In this document: piece by piece, positions 35,623-46,409 of the stretch
Layout of the letters: the number at the start of each line of letters is the position of its first letter
How positions within the stretch are numbered: position 1 is the stretch's first letter
NCBI GenBank assembly: GCA_963840205.1
Contig: CAWIXZ010000014.1
Span: forward strand, 3,039 to 67,038
Source of the DNA: an uncultured Chloroflexia bacterium
GTDB lineage: Bacteria; Chloroflexota; Limnocylindria; QHBO01
Reading direction: 5' to 3'
Length of the DNA stretch: 64,000 nt
Notes under the pieces: generated by a model
The model's input: the letters and a program-made list of their open reading frames with translations, nothing else
Database searches by the model: none
What the model was told of the DNA's origin: nothing
Program-made: the position numbers and the translations under genes

Positions 35623-37714
35623 TTGGCGCGCGAGCGGCCGGGTGGCAGACTGTCGAGCCCGCGAGAGGAATCATGGACATGGACCGGCGAGCTCGAGCGG
35701 CGCCGAGACCCCGGGGCGGAGACGCTCCAGGGCGGTTCGCCGTACCCGCCGATCGCCGACTACGCCTTCCTGTCCGACTGCGAGACGACAGCACTCATCG
35801 CGCCGAGCGGGAACGTGGAGTGGCTGTGCCTGCCGCGCATGGACTCGCCGAGCGTCTTCGGGGCAATCCTCGACCGCGACGCGGGCGGCTTCCGATTCGG
35901 TCCGGCCGACCTGCGGGTCCCCGCCTCGCGACGCTACCTGCCCGGCACGATGGTGCTCGAGACGAGCTGGGGCACGGCGCAGGGCTGGGTCATCATCCGC
36001 GACGTGCTCCTCATGGGCCCCTGGCGCCACGAGGAGAAGCGGGAGGGAGAGCACCGGCGCGCGCCGACCGACTACGACGCGGAGCACATCCTGCTGCGCT
36101 CGGTCCGCTGCGTGAACGGCGAGGTGCAGCTCGCGCTGGACTGCGAGCCGGTGTTCGACTACGGCCGCGAGTTCGGCGACTGGGAGTACACCGAGGATGG
36201 CTACCGGCAGGGCAGTCTGCCGGCCGCACAGGGCCGATGCGTCCGGGATCGAGCTCACGCTCACCAGCGACATGAACCTCGGCTTCGAGGGTCCGCGCGC
36301 GATCGCCAGGACGCTCATCAAGGCCGGGGAGAGCCGCTTCTGCGCACTCTCGTGGGGCGGGGTCGCGCCACCCCGCACGCACGAGGACGCCTACAAGCGG
36401 CTCGTGTGGACCGCGCACCACTGGCAGCACTGGCTCGCCCGCGGGCGGTTCCCGGATCACCCGTGGCGCTCCTACCTCGAGCGATCGGCGCTCACGCTCA
36501 AGGGGCTCACCTACGCGCCGAGCGGCGCGGTCGTGGCGGCGCCGACCACGTCGCTGCCCGAGACGCCCGGCGGCGAGCGCAACTGGGACTACCGCTACTC
36601 GTGGATCCGCGACTCCACCTTCGCGCTGTGGGGCCTCTACACGCTGGGCTTCGATTGGGAGGCCAACGACTACCTCTATTTCATCGCGGAGGTGGCGCGT
36701 GCCGAGGGGGAGCTGCACGTGATGTACTCGGTGGACGGGTCGCCCGTGCCGCAGGAGGAGACGCTCGACCACCTGCACGGCTACGAGGGCGCGCGGCCGG
36801 TCCGGATCGGCAACGGTGCGTACGACCAGCGCCAGCACGACGTGTGGGGCGCCGTCCTTGATTCGGTCTACCTGCACACGAAGTCGCGGGACCACCTCGA
36901 CGAGTGGATCTGGCCCGTGCTCGTGCGCCAGGTGGAGGCGGCGCTGAAGCATTGGCGCAAGCCTGACCGTGGCATCTGGGAGGTCCGCGGCGAGCCGAAG
37001 CACTTCACCTCGTCCAAGGTCATGTGCTGGGTCGCGCTCGACCGCGGGGCGCGCCTGGCCCGCATTCGCGAGGAGCACGATCTCGCCGCCACCTGGCAGG
37101 CGGCCGCGGACGAGATTCACGCCGACATCTGCGCCAACGGCCTCGACGCCCGCGGCGTCTTCACCCAGCACTACGAGACCGATGCGCTCGACGCCTCGTT
37201 GCTGCTCATGCCGCTGGTCCGCTTCCTCCCGCCGGAGGATGAGCGGATCCGCAAGACGGTCCTCGCCATCGCCAACGAGCTCACCGAGCACGGCATGGTC
37301 CTCCGCTACCGCACCGAGGAGACCGATGACGGCCTCTCCGGACGCGAGGGAAGCTTCGCCATCTGCTCCTTCTGGCTCGTCTCGGCGCTGGTCGAGATCG
37401 GCGAACTGGATCGGGCGCGGCGCATGTGCGAGAAGCTGCTCGCGCAGGCGAGCCCGCTCGACCTGTTCGGGGAGGAGATCGACCCCGAGACCGGCCGCCA
37501 TCTCGGGAACTTCCCGCAGGCCTTCACGCACCTCGCGCTCATCAACGCGGTGATGCACGTCATCCACGCGGAGGCCCGCAACATGGAGAAGACCGTGCGC
37601 CGGCCGCTGTCGCCGCCGGAGGACCGGGCGTCGCAGCCGGAGGAGAAGCCCGCAAAGCGGCCCGCCGTGCAGCGCCGCAACGGCCACCCGTCGGGATCCG
37701 GGGAGGCCGGCTAG
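35623..37714 (+). pseudogene. glycoside hydrolase family 15 (glucoamylase/trehalase-like), frame-shifted as given
   Basis: Motifs are PPIADYAFLSDCETTALIAPSGNVEWLCLPRMDSPSVFGAIL, NWDYRYSWIRDS, WEVRGEPKHFTSSKVMCW and NFPQAFTHLALI. The two parts lie in ORFs 35623..36861 and 36197..37714, joined within 36210-36240. The start is uncertain. Confidence 0.85.
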
Positions 37715-37789
37715 CCGACTTCGCGGCCTGGGCCGCACCCGACGGCGCTCCGTCTAGAATCACGGCGCCCCACCCGCCGCGGAGTACCG

Positions 37790-38986
37790 ATGATCGACTT
37801 CTCCCTGACCGATGCGCAGCGCGAGGCGCAGCGCACGGCCCGCGCCTTCGCCGAGCGCGAGATCCTGCCGCGCATCCGCGAGCTTGACGAGCGCGCCGAG
37901 TACGACCGAACGCTGTACGAGCGCATGGGCGCCGAGGGCTTCCTTGGCCTGCCGATCCCCGAGCGGTACGGCGGCGCGGGGATGGACTACATCGCCTTCG
38001 CGCTGCTGTGCGAGGAGATGGAGCGTGCCGACACGGCGTTCCGCGTGATCCTGTCGGTCCACACGGGGCTGAACTCGCTCACCCTGCTGCAGTGGGGCTC
38101 GGAGGAGCAGAAGCAGCAGTACCTCGTGCCCCAGGCACGGGGCGAGAAGCTCGCCACGTTCGGCCTGACGGAGCCCGGCGTCGGGTCGGACGCGGCCAAC
38201 CTCGCCACCACTGCTCGCCGTGACGGGGACCGATACATCCTCAACGGCTCGAAGATCTGGATCAGCCTCGGGGACACGGCCGATCACGTCCTCGTATTCG
38301 CCAACGTCGACCGGTCGAAGGGACACCGGGGCATCACCGCCTTCATCGTCGAGCGCGGGTTCCCGGGCTTTTGCTCCGAGTCGCTGCACGGCAAGCTCGG
38401 GGTGCGGGCCGGGAACACCGGCATCCTCACCTTCTCCGACTGCGAGGTCCCGGCGGCCAACCGCGTGGGCGAAGAGGGGGAGGGCTTCACCATCGCGATG
38501 AGCGCCATCGACCAGGGCCGCTACACGGTCGCGGCGGGCTCGGTCGGGCTCGCGCAGGCGTGCCTCGACGCATCGGTCAAATACGCGCACGAGCGGCAGG
38601 CCTTCGGCTCCGAGATCGGGCAGCACCAGCTCGTGAAGCAGATGCTCGCGAAGATGTATGCCGGGATCGAGGCCGGGCGCCTGCTCGTCTTCAAGGCCGG
38701 CTGGAAGAAGAACCGGGGCGAGCGCAGCACGCGCGAGACGGGGCTCGCCAAGTGGTTCTGCACCGATCACGCGGTGCAGAGCGCGCTTGACGCGATCCAG
38801 GTCCACGGCGCGTACGGGTACAGCAACGAGTACCCGGTCGAGCGCTACCTGCGCAACAGCAAGGGCTCGGTGATCTACGAGGGCACCTCGCAGATCCACA
38901 CGGTCATGCAGGCCGACTACCTGATGGGCTACCGCAAGGACAAGCCGCTTCGCATGCCGCAGCCGGCGTACGAGGGGGAGATGTGA
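37790..38986 (+). CDS. acyl-CoA dehydrogenase
   Basis: Intact 398 aa, with TEPGVGSDAANL, a beta-domain, and the catalytic-Glu context IYEGTSQIHT. Confidence 0.9.
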   Translation: MIDFSLTDAQREAQRTARAFAEREILPRIRELDERAEYDRTLYERMGAEGFLGLPIPERYGGAGMDYIAFALLCEEMERADTAFRVILSVHTGLNSLTLLQWGSEEQKQQYLVPQARGEKLATFGLTEPGVGSDAANLATTARRDGDRYILNGSKIWISLGDTADHVLVFANVDRSKGHRGITAFIVERGFPGFCSESLHGKLGVRAGNTGILTFSDCEVPAANRVGEEGEGFTIAMSAIDQGRYTVAAGSVGLAQACLDASVKYAHERQAFGSEIGQHQLVKQMLAKMYAGIEAGRLLVFKAGWKKNRGERSTRETGLAKWFCTDHAVQSALDAIQVHGAYGYSNEYPVERYLRNSKGSVIYEGTSQIHTVMQADYLMGYRKDKPLRMPQPAYEGEM

Positions 38987-38993
38987 CGGGCCC

Positions 38994-39539
38994 ATGAGCC
39001 GCACGATCGAGCTCGTCGCCGGGGTGCTGCTCATCCTGATCGCCACCGCGGTCCTCGTCGGAGAGACGGCCGTCAGCCTGATGAGCGGCGTCGGGATCGA
39101 CGAGGAGGTCCTGCGCTGGTGGCCATTGCTGCTTGTGGCGCTCTCCGCCTTCTTCCTGCTGCCGGCATTCATCGGCCGGCAGAACCGCCGCCTGCGGGCG
39201 GGGATGGTGATCCCGGGCTTCCTGCTCGCCGGCATCGGCTCGGCGCTGCTGTACACGAGCCTCACGGACCGATGGGGCGCCTGGGGCTACCTGTGGAGCG
39301 CGCTTCCGTTCAGCTTCGGGCTCGGCATGTACGCCGCGGGATGGATCGCCGATGCGCCCGCGTTCAAGTGGATCGGCTCCGGGCTCGCCATCGCGGGCGT
39401 GGTGGCCTACCTCGTCTTCGCGACCGCCTTCGGGGGCGAGGCGTTCCGGGTCATCGCTGCCATCCTCCTGCTGGCCCTGGGCCTCGCCCTCACGATCGGC
39501 GGGCTCGCCGATCGGCTCAGCCGGAAGTCTTCCGCCTAG
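38994..39539 (+). CDS. hypothetical integral membrane protein
   Basis: A 181-aa ORF with about six hydrophobic helices. No family recognised. Confidence 0.5.
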   Translation: MSRTIELVAGVLLILIATAVLVGETAVSLMSGVGIDEEVLRWWPLLLVALSAFFLLPAFIGRQNRRLRAGMVIPGFLLAGIGSALLYTSLTDRWGAWGYLWSALPFSFGLGMYAAGWIADAPAFKWIGSGLAIAGVVAYLVFATAFGGEAFRVIAAILLLALGLALTIGGLADRLSRKSSA

Positions 39540-41527
39540 GGCTGCTGCTCCCGGCGTTCAGGTGGCGTTCGAACCAGGCGAGGATGCGCTCCATGCGATC
39601 GATACGCCGATCTGGCCGGCCATGGCTCTTCATCTCGTGGTGCTCCTCCGGGTAGAGGATGTACTCGACCTCGCGGCCGAGCACCTTGAGCGCGGTGAAA
39701 AGCTGCTCGGCGTCCGAGGCGGGGCAGATGCGGTCCTCCTCGGACTGGAGCATGAGCAGCGGCGTGGATACGTTCGGCGCGTTCCGCAGCGGGGACGATC
39801 GCCACAGCGCCGCGAATCCGTCGTCGCTCAGCGGATCGCCCAGGCCGGCTCGACGGTTGTAGTGCACGCCGAAGTAGGAGTTGGCCCACGCGCTGGCCTG
39901 GTTGGCAACCCCGTTCTCGGACGCGGCCGCGGCGAAACGGTCGCTCACGCCGATCAGCCACTGGGTGAGGAACCCGCCGTACGACAGGCCCATGACGCCG
40001 ATCCGGCGAGGGTCGGCGAGGCCGCGGGCCACGACCCCGTCGACGGCCGCCAGCGCGTCCTCGGCGTCGACCGTTCCCCAGCCGGACGACAGCGCCCGGA
40101 TCCATGCCGGCCCGTATGTCGCGGATCCGCGGACGTTCGGCATGAGCACGCGGTAGCCCGCGTCGCACAGCGCCATGGCGTCGAGGGTGCCGCCCGGGCG
40201 CCCACGCCCCGGTCGGGCCACCGTGCAGGTGGAGGATGGCGGGGAGGCGGGCCCGGCCCGCGCCGCGCGGGGAGGCGAGCCAGGCATGAACGGGCCCGGC
40301 GGGGCCGTCCAGCTCGATCTCCTCGAGCTCGACCGGCGAGAAGCGGCGCTGCCAGCCGGAGCCCTCGCGCGTCACCTGCCTGGGCTTCCCCTCGCCGATC
40401 GCCCATACCTCGCCCGCCCGCCCGTCGATCGCGGCGCTGATCGCGACGCGTCCGCCCGAGGCCGCCAGGCCGGCGGTGCCGATGCGGAGCTCCCGCTCCA
40501 CCATCGGCGTCGCGTGACCGTCGAGCGTCAAACGGAAGGGCAGGCCGCGCCCGCGGTCGCCGACGATCACCGCGAGGGAGGCGTCGTCGATCCAGGCCGG
40601 CGCCACGGTCTCCTCCGCCTGGAGCAGGTCGGACCACGCCCAGTCTCCGACGGGCCGGTCCAGCTCCCGCGTCAGGTTCCGCGGCGTCCCGGAGGGCAGG
40701 TCCATGACCCAGGCCGCGGGTGGCACGTCGTCGGACGGGTCGTCGACGTCGGTGCCGACGAAGGCGAGTCGCCGGCCGTCCGGTGACCAGGAGGGCCAAT
40801 CTGCGTCTCCGGCGAGGCTGACGAGTTCGCGGACGCGGGGCCGAGCGCCGGTGCCCACCGACCAGAGCTGCAGGCGAGGGTTGATGTTCGCGTCCGGACC
40901 GCGGTCGGCGGCGAACGCGATGCGGCCTCCGTCGGGCGACCAGGCCGGATGAAGGACGTCGTAGTCACCGCTGGTCAGCTGGCGCGGTTTCGCTCCCTCG
41001 CGGACCGGCGCGATCCACAGGTGCGAGCGGCGAACCACGTGGCCCGACTCGTCGTCGCGGAAGTCGAGGCGCGTGATGCGTCGAGCGAGCGGCGTGCGGT
41101 CCTTCTTCTCCGTGCCGACGACGAACCGCTGGTCACCGGCCTGGGCGACGAGCGCAAGCCCGGAGCCATCGGGGCTCCACAGGACGCTGCCGACGCCATG
41201 CTTGAGCGAGGTGAGGCGCCAGGGCTCGCCGCCGTCGAGCGGGAGGATCCAGGCCTGCGCGACGCCGTCCTTCGCACCCACGATGGACCGCACGAAGGCG
41301 AGGAGACGCCCGTCGGGTGAGATCGCGGGGGACCCGTCGCGGACCCGGCCGCGAGTCAGCTGGCGAGCGGCGCCACCGCGGTACGGCCGCAGCCAGACGT
41401 GCGACTCGTAGTCCTCACCTCGCACGCGGCGCAGCGCGTAGACGACGGTGCTGCCGTCGGGAGAGAGGCGGAAGGATTCGAGCGCGACCTGTGCGCGGAC
41501 GAGCGCGCGAGGTGAACCATCGGCCAT
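39517..41527 (-). pseudogene. S9 prolyl-oligopeptidase/acylaminoacyl-peptidase family protein, frame-shifted as given
   Basis: The beta-propeller half (repeated SPDG motifs) is in ORF 39536..41527. The hydrolase half, with GLSYGGF (Ser), EDRICP (Asp) and EEHHEM (His), is in ORF 39517..40287. The junction is near 40191-40198. Confidence 0.85.
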
Positions 41528-41661
41528 GCGGCCGGAGTATGCACGGAATCAGGATTGACGCGACGTTGACCCGCTCGGACGCGGTGTGCCATGCTCGGCC
41601 GCCAGTGGCCGTCCCGATGCGGGCCGGCGTTTTTGCGCTCTTCGTCGGAGGTAAGCAGGAC

Positions 41662-43347
41662 GTGCGACGCCACTACTCGGTACTCGGCGTGCTCGCCACG
41701 GGCGGCCTGGTCCTGGCCGCGTGTGGTGCGGCGCAGGGAACACCAGTCGCGAGCGACGGCGGCGATGGGGGCACGGCGACCGGCGGCAACGTCCGCATCG
41801 GTCAGGGTGGCTACCCGGACAGCCTGAACCCCGGCAACGGCGTCCTGGCCGAGTCCTATGGGCTGTATGAGCTCATCTACGACACGCCGATCGCGGTGAC
41901 GTCATCCGGCGAGTACGTCCCCGAGCTCGCGACCGACTGGTCGGCCTCCGACGACGGCCTGGAGTGGACGATGACGATCGTGGAGGGCGCGACCTTCCAC
42001 GACGGTGAGCCGCTCACCGCTGCCGACGTCGCCTTCACCATCGAGCTGTACCGCGACACGGAGGCATTCCCCTTCCTGCCCTCGTACGCCGCGCCGTTCG
42101 AGACGATCGAGGCGCCGGACGCGACGACGGTGGTGCTGACGACTGCGGAGCCCCTCAACACGTTCGAGGCGTACATGGCGTTCATCTACGTGCTTCCGCA
42201 GCACATCTGGGAGGGCGAGGAGGATCCGGTCGAGTTCCAGAATCTCGAGATGATCGGCTCAGGCGCGTTCAGCCTGGTGGAGGCCACGCAGGATGAGTTC
42301 ATCGAGCTCGCCACGAACACCGACTACTGGGGCACTCCGGCCAATGTCGACGGCGTGATTCTCCGCACGATCGACAACCCCGATGCGCGCATCACCGCCC
42401 TCACCACCGGCGAGGTGGACGCGATCAGCGAGTTCCCGGCGACCGCGCTGAGCACGCTGCAGAACGCCGAAGACGTGGCGGTGCACGTCGCCTCCGTCGC
42501 CGCGGGTGGCGACCTGCGCGACATCATCTTCAACGTGACGGCCGAGGAGGACTGCCCACCGGAGGGGGTCTGCTCCGGTCACCCGGCGCTCAAGGACATC
42601 GCCGTACGGCGCGCGATGGCGACGGCGGTGGACAAGCAGCAGATCATCGACGTCGCGACCCTCGGGACAGCCGCACCGGGACTCTCGATGGTGCCGCCGG
42701 GCCTGGGCGACTACTACGCGTCGGAGGTCGAGGACTACGCCTTTGACGTCGACGCTGCGAATGCGCTGCTCGACGAAGCCGGCTACGAGGACGCAGACGG
42801 CGACGGGGTGCGCGAGTGCCTGCCCGACCAGGACTGCGAGAACCTCACGTTCCGCTTCCTCTATGCGGACGACATCGACACGGGGCCGCGCGAGATCGAG
42901 CTGCTCCAGGGAATGTGGGCGGAGATCGGCATCGCCATCGGGCAGATCCAGGGCATCGACGGCACGGCGCTCCAGAGCATCTGCTGCCCGGCCTTCGACT
43001 ACGACCTCATCCTGTGGGGCTGGGGCTCGGACCCCGATCCGGCCTTCCTCCTCGGCGTCGCGCTCTGCACGGAGATCACGACCGGGTTCAACGAGACCGG
43101 CTACTGCAACCCCGAGTACGACGCCCTCTACGATGCGCAGGCCGTCGAGCAGGACCACGACGCCCGCGTCGCGATCGTCCACGACATGCAGCGCATCCTG
43201 ATCGAGGACCTGCCGTACATCATTCCCTACTACTATCAGACGATCGAAGCCTGGCGCACCGACACGTTCACCGGTTGGACGGAGGACGACCCGACGCTCG
43301 GCCTGCTCGATCCGTCGTCGCTGACGAAGCTGCGGCCAGCCGAATAG
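41662..43347 (+). CDS. ABC transporter substrate-binding lipoprotein, family 5 (peptide/nickel type)
   Basis: GTG 41662 follows GGAGG and the lipobox is LVLAACG. The length and layout fit DppA/OppA/NikA-type SBPs. Confidence 0.85.
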   Translation: MRRHYSVLGVLATGGLVLAACGAAQGTPVASDGGDGGTATGGNVRIGQGGYPDSLNPGNGVLAESYGLYELIYDTPIAVTSSGEYVPELATDWSASDDGLEWTMTIVEGATFHDGEPLTAADVAFTIELYRDTEAFPFLPSYAAPFETIEAPDATTVVLTTAEPLNTFEAYMAFIYVLPQHIWEGEEDPVEFQNLEMIGSGAFSLVEATQDEFIELATNTDYWGTPANVDGVILRTIDNPDARITALTTGEVDAISEFPATALSTLQNAEDVAVHVASVAAGGDLRDIIFNVTAEEDCPPEGVCSGHPALKDIAVRRAMATAVDKQQIIDVATLGTAAPGLSMVPPGLGDYYASEVEDYAFDVDAANALLDEAGYEDADGDGVRECLPDQDCENLTFRFLYADDIDTGPREIELLQGMWAEIGIAIGQIQGIDGTALQSICCPAFDYDLILWGWGSDPDPAFLLGVALCTEITTGFNETGYCNPEYDALYDAQAVEQDHDARVAIVHDMQRILIEDLPYIIPYYYQTIEAWRTDTFTGWTEDDPTLGLLDPSSLTKLRPAE

Positions 43348-43402
43348 CCGATGCGGGCCGTGCGTCGTCCGGACGCCCGGCCCTGCCCATGGAGCTGACC
43401 GC

Positions 43403-44410
43403 ATGAGCGGGCGCGCGGGCTACCTGATGCGTAAGGTCGGCTGGGCGGTGGTGACCGTCTTCGTGGTCATCACCTTCAACTTCGTGCTGTTCCGCGTGCT
43501 CCCCGGCGACCCGGCGAAGGCCGGCCTGCGTGATCCGCGGCTCAACCCGGCCGCCGTGGAGGCGCTGCGCGAGCGCTTCGGGACCGACAGGCCGATGTTC
43601 CTCGACCTCGAGGGCGGGAATCCGCTCGACAGCCAGTTCACCGCCTACCTTGGCGCCCTGTCGCGCGGCGACCTCGGCACGAGCTTCGCGTTTCGTGACC
43701 GGCCGGTGAGCGCCATGATCGGTCAGGCGCTCGGCAACACCTTGTGGCTTGTCCTGCCCTCCCAGGTCCTGGCGATCGTCCTCGGGGCCGGGCTCGGCCT
43801 CGTGGCCGCGTGGCGACGCGGCCGGCTGCTGGACGTGGGGGCTCTCACGTTCAGCCTGTTCATGTGGTCCCTGCCGACGTTCTTCCTCGGGATCATCCTG
43901 CTGGTCGCGGGCGCGAACTGGCTGGGCCTGCCGTCCGCGGGGCGCGTCACCGTCGGTGCCGACTACGCGTCCGCGTGGGAAGCGGCCCTGGACATGGGGC
44001 GCCACCTGCTGTTGCCGACGCTCACGCTCACGCTCGTGCTGCTCGGCGAGTACATGCTCATCATGCGCAGCAGCGTGCTCGATGTCTTCTCCGAGGATTA
44101 CATCCTCACCGCGCGCGCGAAGGGACTCTCGACGTTTCGCATCATCCGCGACCACGCGCTGCGCAACGCCATGCTGCCGATGGTCACGCTCATCGCCCTC
44201 AACCTGGGGTTCACCGTCTCGGGCGCCATTCAGGTCGAGTCGGTGTACTCGTGGCCCGGCCTCGGCTTGCTCACCGTCAACGCGGTCGGGGATAGGGACT
44301 ACCCGGTGCTCCAGGGAGCATTTCTGCTCCTCGCCCTCTCGGTGGTGGTGGCGAACCTCGTCGCCGAGCTGATCTATGGGTGGCTCGACCCGAGGGTGAG
44401 CGAGGCGTGA
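43403..44410 (+). CDS. ABC transporter permease (DppB/OppB type)
   Basis: 335 aa and 6 TM, with an N-terminal RKVGWAVVTVF..FVLFRVLPGDP and an EAA-like loop. Confidence 0.9.
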   Translation: MSGRAGYLMRKVGWAVVTVFVVITFNFVLFRVLPGDPAKAGLRDPRLNPAAVEALRERFGTDRPMFLDLEGGNPLDSQFTAYLGALSRGDLGTSFAFRDRPVSAMIGQALGNTLWLVLPSQVLAIVLGAGLGLVAAWRRGRLLDVGALTFSLFMWSLPTFFLGIILLVAGANWLGLPSAGRVTVGADYASAWEAALDMGRHLLLPTLTLTLVLLGEYMLIMRSSVLDVFSEDYILTARAKGLSTFRIIRDHALRNAMLPMVTLIALNLGFTVSGAIQVESVYSWPGLGLLTVNAVGDRDYPVLQGAFLLLALSVVVANLVAELIYGWLDPRVSEA

Positions 44411-44414
44411 TGCC

Positions 44415-46409
44415 GTGAGCGTCGTGATCGAGGCGACAACGCGGCCCACGCCCACCGAGCTGCCGCGTGGGACATGGCGTGCCTTCGCACGGCACCGCAT
44501 GGGCCTCCTGGGGGGCGCGATGCTGCTGCTCGCGCTTGTGGTGGCGGTCTTCGCTCCGCTCATCGCGCCGTACGACCCGTACGCGTCGGTGCGCGTGAAC
44601 ATCCTCGACATCTTCCAGGCCCCGTCCGCGGCTCACCCGCTCGGCACCGACGACGGCGGCAAGGACGTCCTCTCGGCTCTCATGTACGGGGCGCGAGTCT
44701 CGCTGCTGGTGGGGTTCGCCGCGGCAGCGATGGCGCTCGCCATCGGTGGGCTGGTGGGGATCGTCGCGGGCTACCGCGGCGGTCGCATCGGCTCGCTCCT
44801 CATGCGCATCACGGACTTCTTCCTCGTGATCCCGGACCTGGCACTTCAGATCGTGCTCGTGGCCATCATCGGCCCCTCGCTCCCGACGATCATTTTCGTC
44901 ATCGGTGCGCTCGGCTGGACGACGACTGCGCGGCTGGTCCGATCGCAGACGCTCACCGTGCGAGAGCGCAAGTACGTCATGCGCGCCCGGGCGATTGGCG
45001 CCGGTGACCGGCACATCCTTCGTCACCACATCATGCCGGCCGTCGTGCCGCTCATGCTCGCCAACACGGTCCTCGTCATCAGCCTCGCGATCCTGTCGGA
45101 GTCGACCCTCGCGTTCCTGGGCCTCGGCGACCCGACCGTGATCAGCTGGGGGCAGATGCTCAACTTCGCCTTCGAGCGCGGGGCCGTGTCGGCGGGCGCG
45201 TGGTGGGCGCTGCTGCCGCCGGGCTTCGCGATCGTGTGGGTCGTGCTGGGCACCACGCTGCTCGGGACCGCGCTCGAGGACGCCCTCAACCCGCGCCTGA
45301 AGCGGCACCACCTGGAGGCTCCCGGCGCCGACGTGGCGCGCGACCGCCCGACCTCCGTCTACGCACCATCCGCCGGCGCACGTCCCACCCTCGAGACCGC
45401 CCCCTCGCCGATCCTGCGCGTGCGGGACCTGTCGATCGAGTTCGACGTCGGCGGCACCGCTCTGCGCGCCGTCGACGGCGTGAGCTTCGACCTGCAACGC
45501 GGCGAGACGCTGGGGCTGGTGGGGGAATCCGGCTGCGGGAAGACGACGACGGTGCTCGGCATCATGCGCCTGCTGCCGCCGGGCGGCCGCGTGGTTGGAG
45601 GCTCCGTGTGGTTCGACGGCGAAGACCTCCTCAGCCTCGACGGACGCGCGTTGCGCTCCTTCCGTTGGACACGGCTGTCGCTGGTGTTCCAGGGCGCGAT
45701 GAACGCGCTGAACCCGGTCAGGACCGTCGGCGACCAGATCGCGGAGGCCATCCGGCTGCATGCGCCGACCACCTCGCGCGAGGAAGCCGCGGTGCGCGTC
45801 CGGCACCTGCTCGAGCGGGTGGGGATCGGTGGCAGGCGGGCGAACGAGTACCCGCACACGTACTCCGGCGGCATGCGACAGCGGGCGATGATCGCGCTGG
45901 CGCTCGCCTGCGATCCAGACGTGATCGTGGCCGACGAGCCGACGACCGCGCTCGACGTGATGATCCAGGCCCAGATCCTGGAGCTCCTCGGCGGGATCGC
46001 GCGCGACTTCGGGATGGGGATCATCCTGGTCACCCATGACCTGGGCGTCGTGGCGCAGGTCTGCGACCGGGTGGTGGTCATGTACGGCGGCGGCGTGGCG
46101 GAGGAGAACGACGCGCTCACGCTGTTCGCGTCGCCGCAGCACCCGTACACGCAGCAGCTGCTGCTGTCCTTCCCGGACCTCGCGCATCCGGATCGGCCGT
46201 TGCGTGGCATCCCGGGCTCACCGCCGCGCCTCGACGCCATGCCACCCGGCTGTCGGTTCGCGCCACGCTGCCCGTACGCCTTCGAGCGATGCGTGGGCGA
46301 GCGCCCGGCGGAGTACCCGGCCGCGGGCGGACGAGCGGCGTGCTTCCTGCTCGACCCGACGGAGCCCCACGTCCATCCCGGCGACGTGTTGGCGGCGTCC
46401 GGCCGATGA
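44415..46409 (+). CDS. fused ABC permease (DppC/OppC type) and ATP-binding protein (DppD/OppD type)
   Basis: The permease (..LGTALEDALNPRLK) runs through a ~45-aa linker without a stop. It continues into an ATPase with GESGCGKTT, YSGGMRQR, ADEPTTALD and CRFAPRCP. Confidence 0.85.
   Translation: MSVVIEATTRPTPTELPRGTWRAFARHRMGLLGGAMLLLALVVAVFAPLIAPYDPYASVRVNILDIFQAPSAAHPLGTDDGGKDVLSALMYGARVSLLVGFAAAAMALAIGGLVGIVAGYRGGRIGSLLMRITDFFLVIPDLALQIVLVAIIGPSLPTIIFVIGALGWTTTARLVRSQTLTVRERKYVMRARAIGAGDRHILRHHIMPAVVPLMLANTVLVISLAILSESTLAFLGLGDPTVISWGQMLNFAFERGAVSAGAWWALLPPGFAIVWVVLGTTLLGTALEDALNPRLKRHHLEAPGADVARDRPTSVYAPSAGARPTLETAPSPILRVRDLSIEFDVGGTALRAVDGVSFDLQRGETLGLVGESGCGKTTTVLGIMRLLPPGGRVVGGSVWFDGEDLLSLDGRALRSFRWTRLSLVFQGAMNALNPVRTVGDQIAEAIRLHAPTTSREEAAVRVRHLLERVGIGGRRANEYPHTYSGGMRQRAMIALALACDPDVIVADEPTTALDVMIQAQILELLGGIARDFGMGIILVTHDLGVVAQVCDRVVVMYGGGVAEENDALTLFASPQHPYTQQLLLSFPDLAHPDRPLRGIPGSPPRLDAMPPGCRFAPRCPYAFERCVGERPAEYPAAGGRAACFLLDPTEPHVHPGDVLAASGR

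Noticed and set aside
35673-35700. An SD-preceded ATG at 35673 as the true GH15 start, implying yet another frame change
   Set aside because: It is in a different frame from the conserved PPIADYAFLSDCE block, and the intervening peptide has no diagnostic similarity. It cannot be separated from a chance ATG.
36011-37738. A 575-aa minus-strand ORF opposite the GH15 gene
   Set aside because: Same antisense high-GC artefact, with no motifs. GH15 on the plus strand explains the region.
41528-41661. A possible riboswitch or attenuator upstream of the peptide/nickel ABC operon (hairpin CGGCC..GGCCG and GGCCGGCGTTTTTGCGC)
   Set aside because: I could not recognise a B12-box or any other riboswitch core. 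The stems are short and the region is only ~130 nt, which is insufficient evidence without covariance-model searches.
44277-46187. A 636-aa minus-strand ORF opposite the ABC permease/ATPase genes
   Set aside because: Antisense artefact with low-complexity Arg/Gly/Asp composition.
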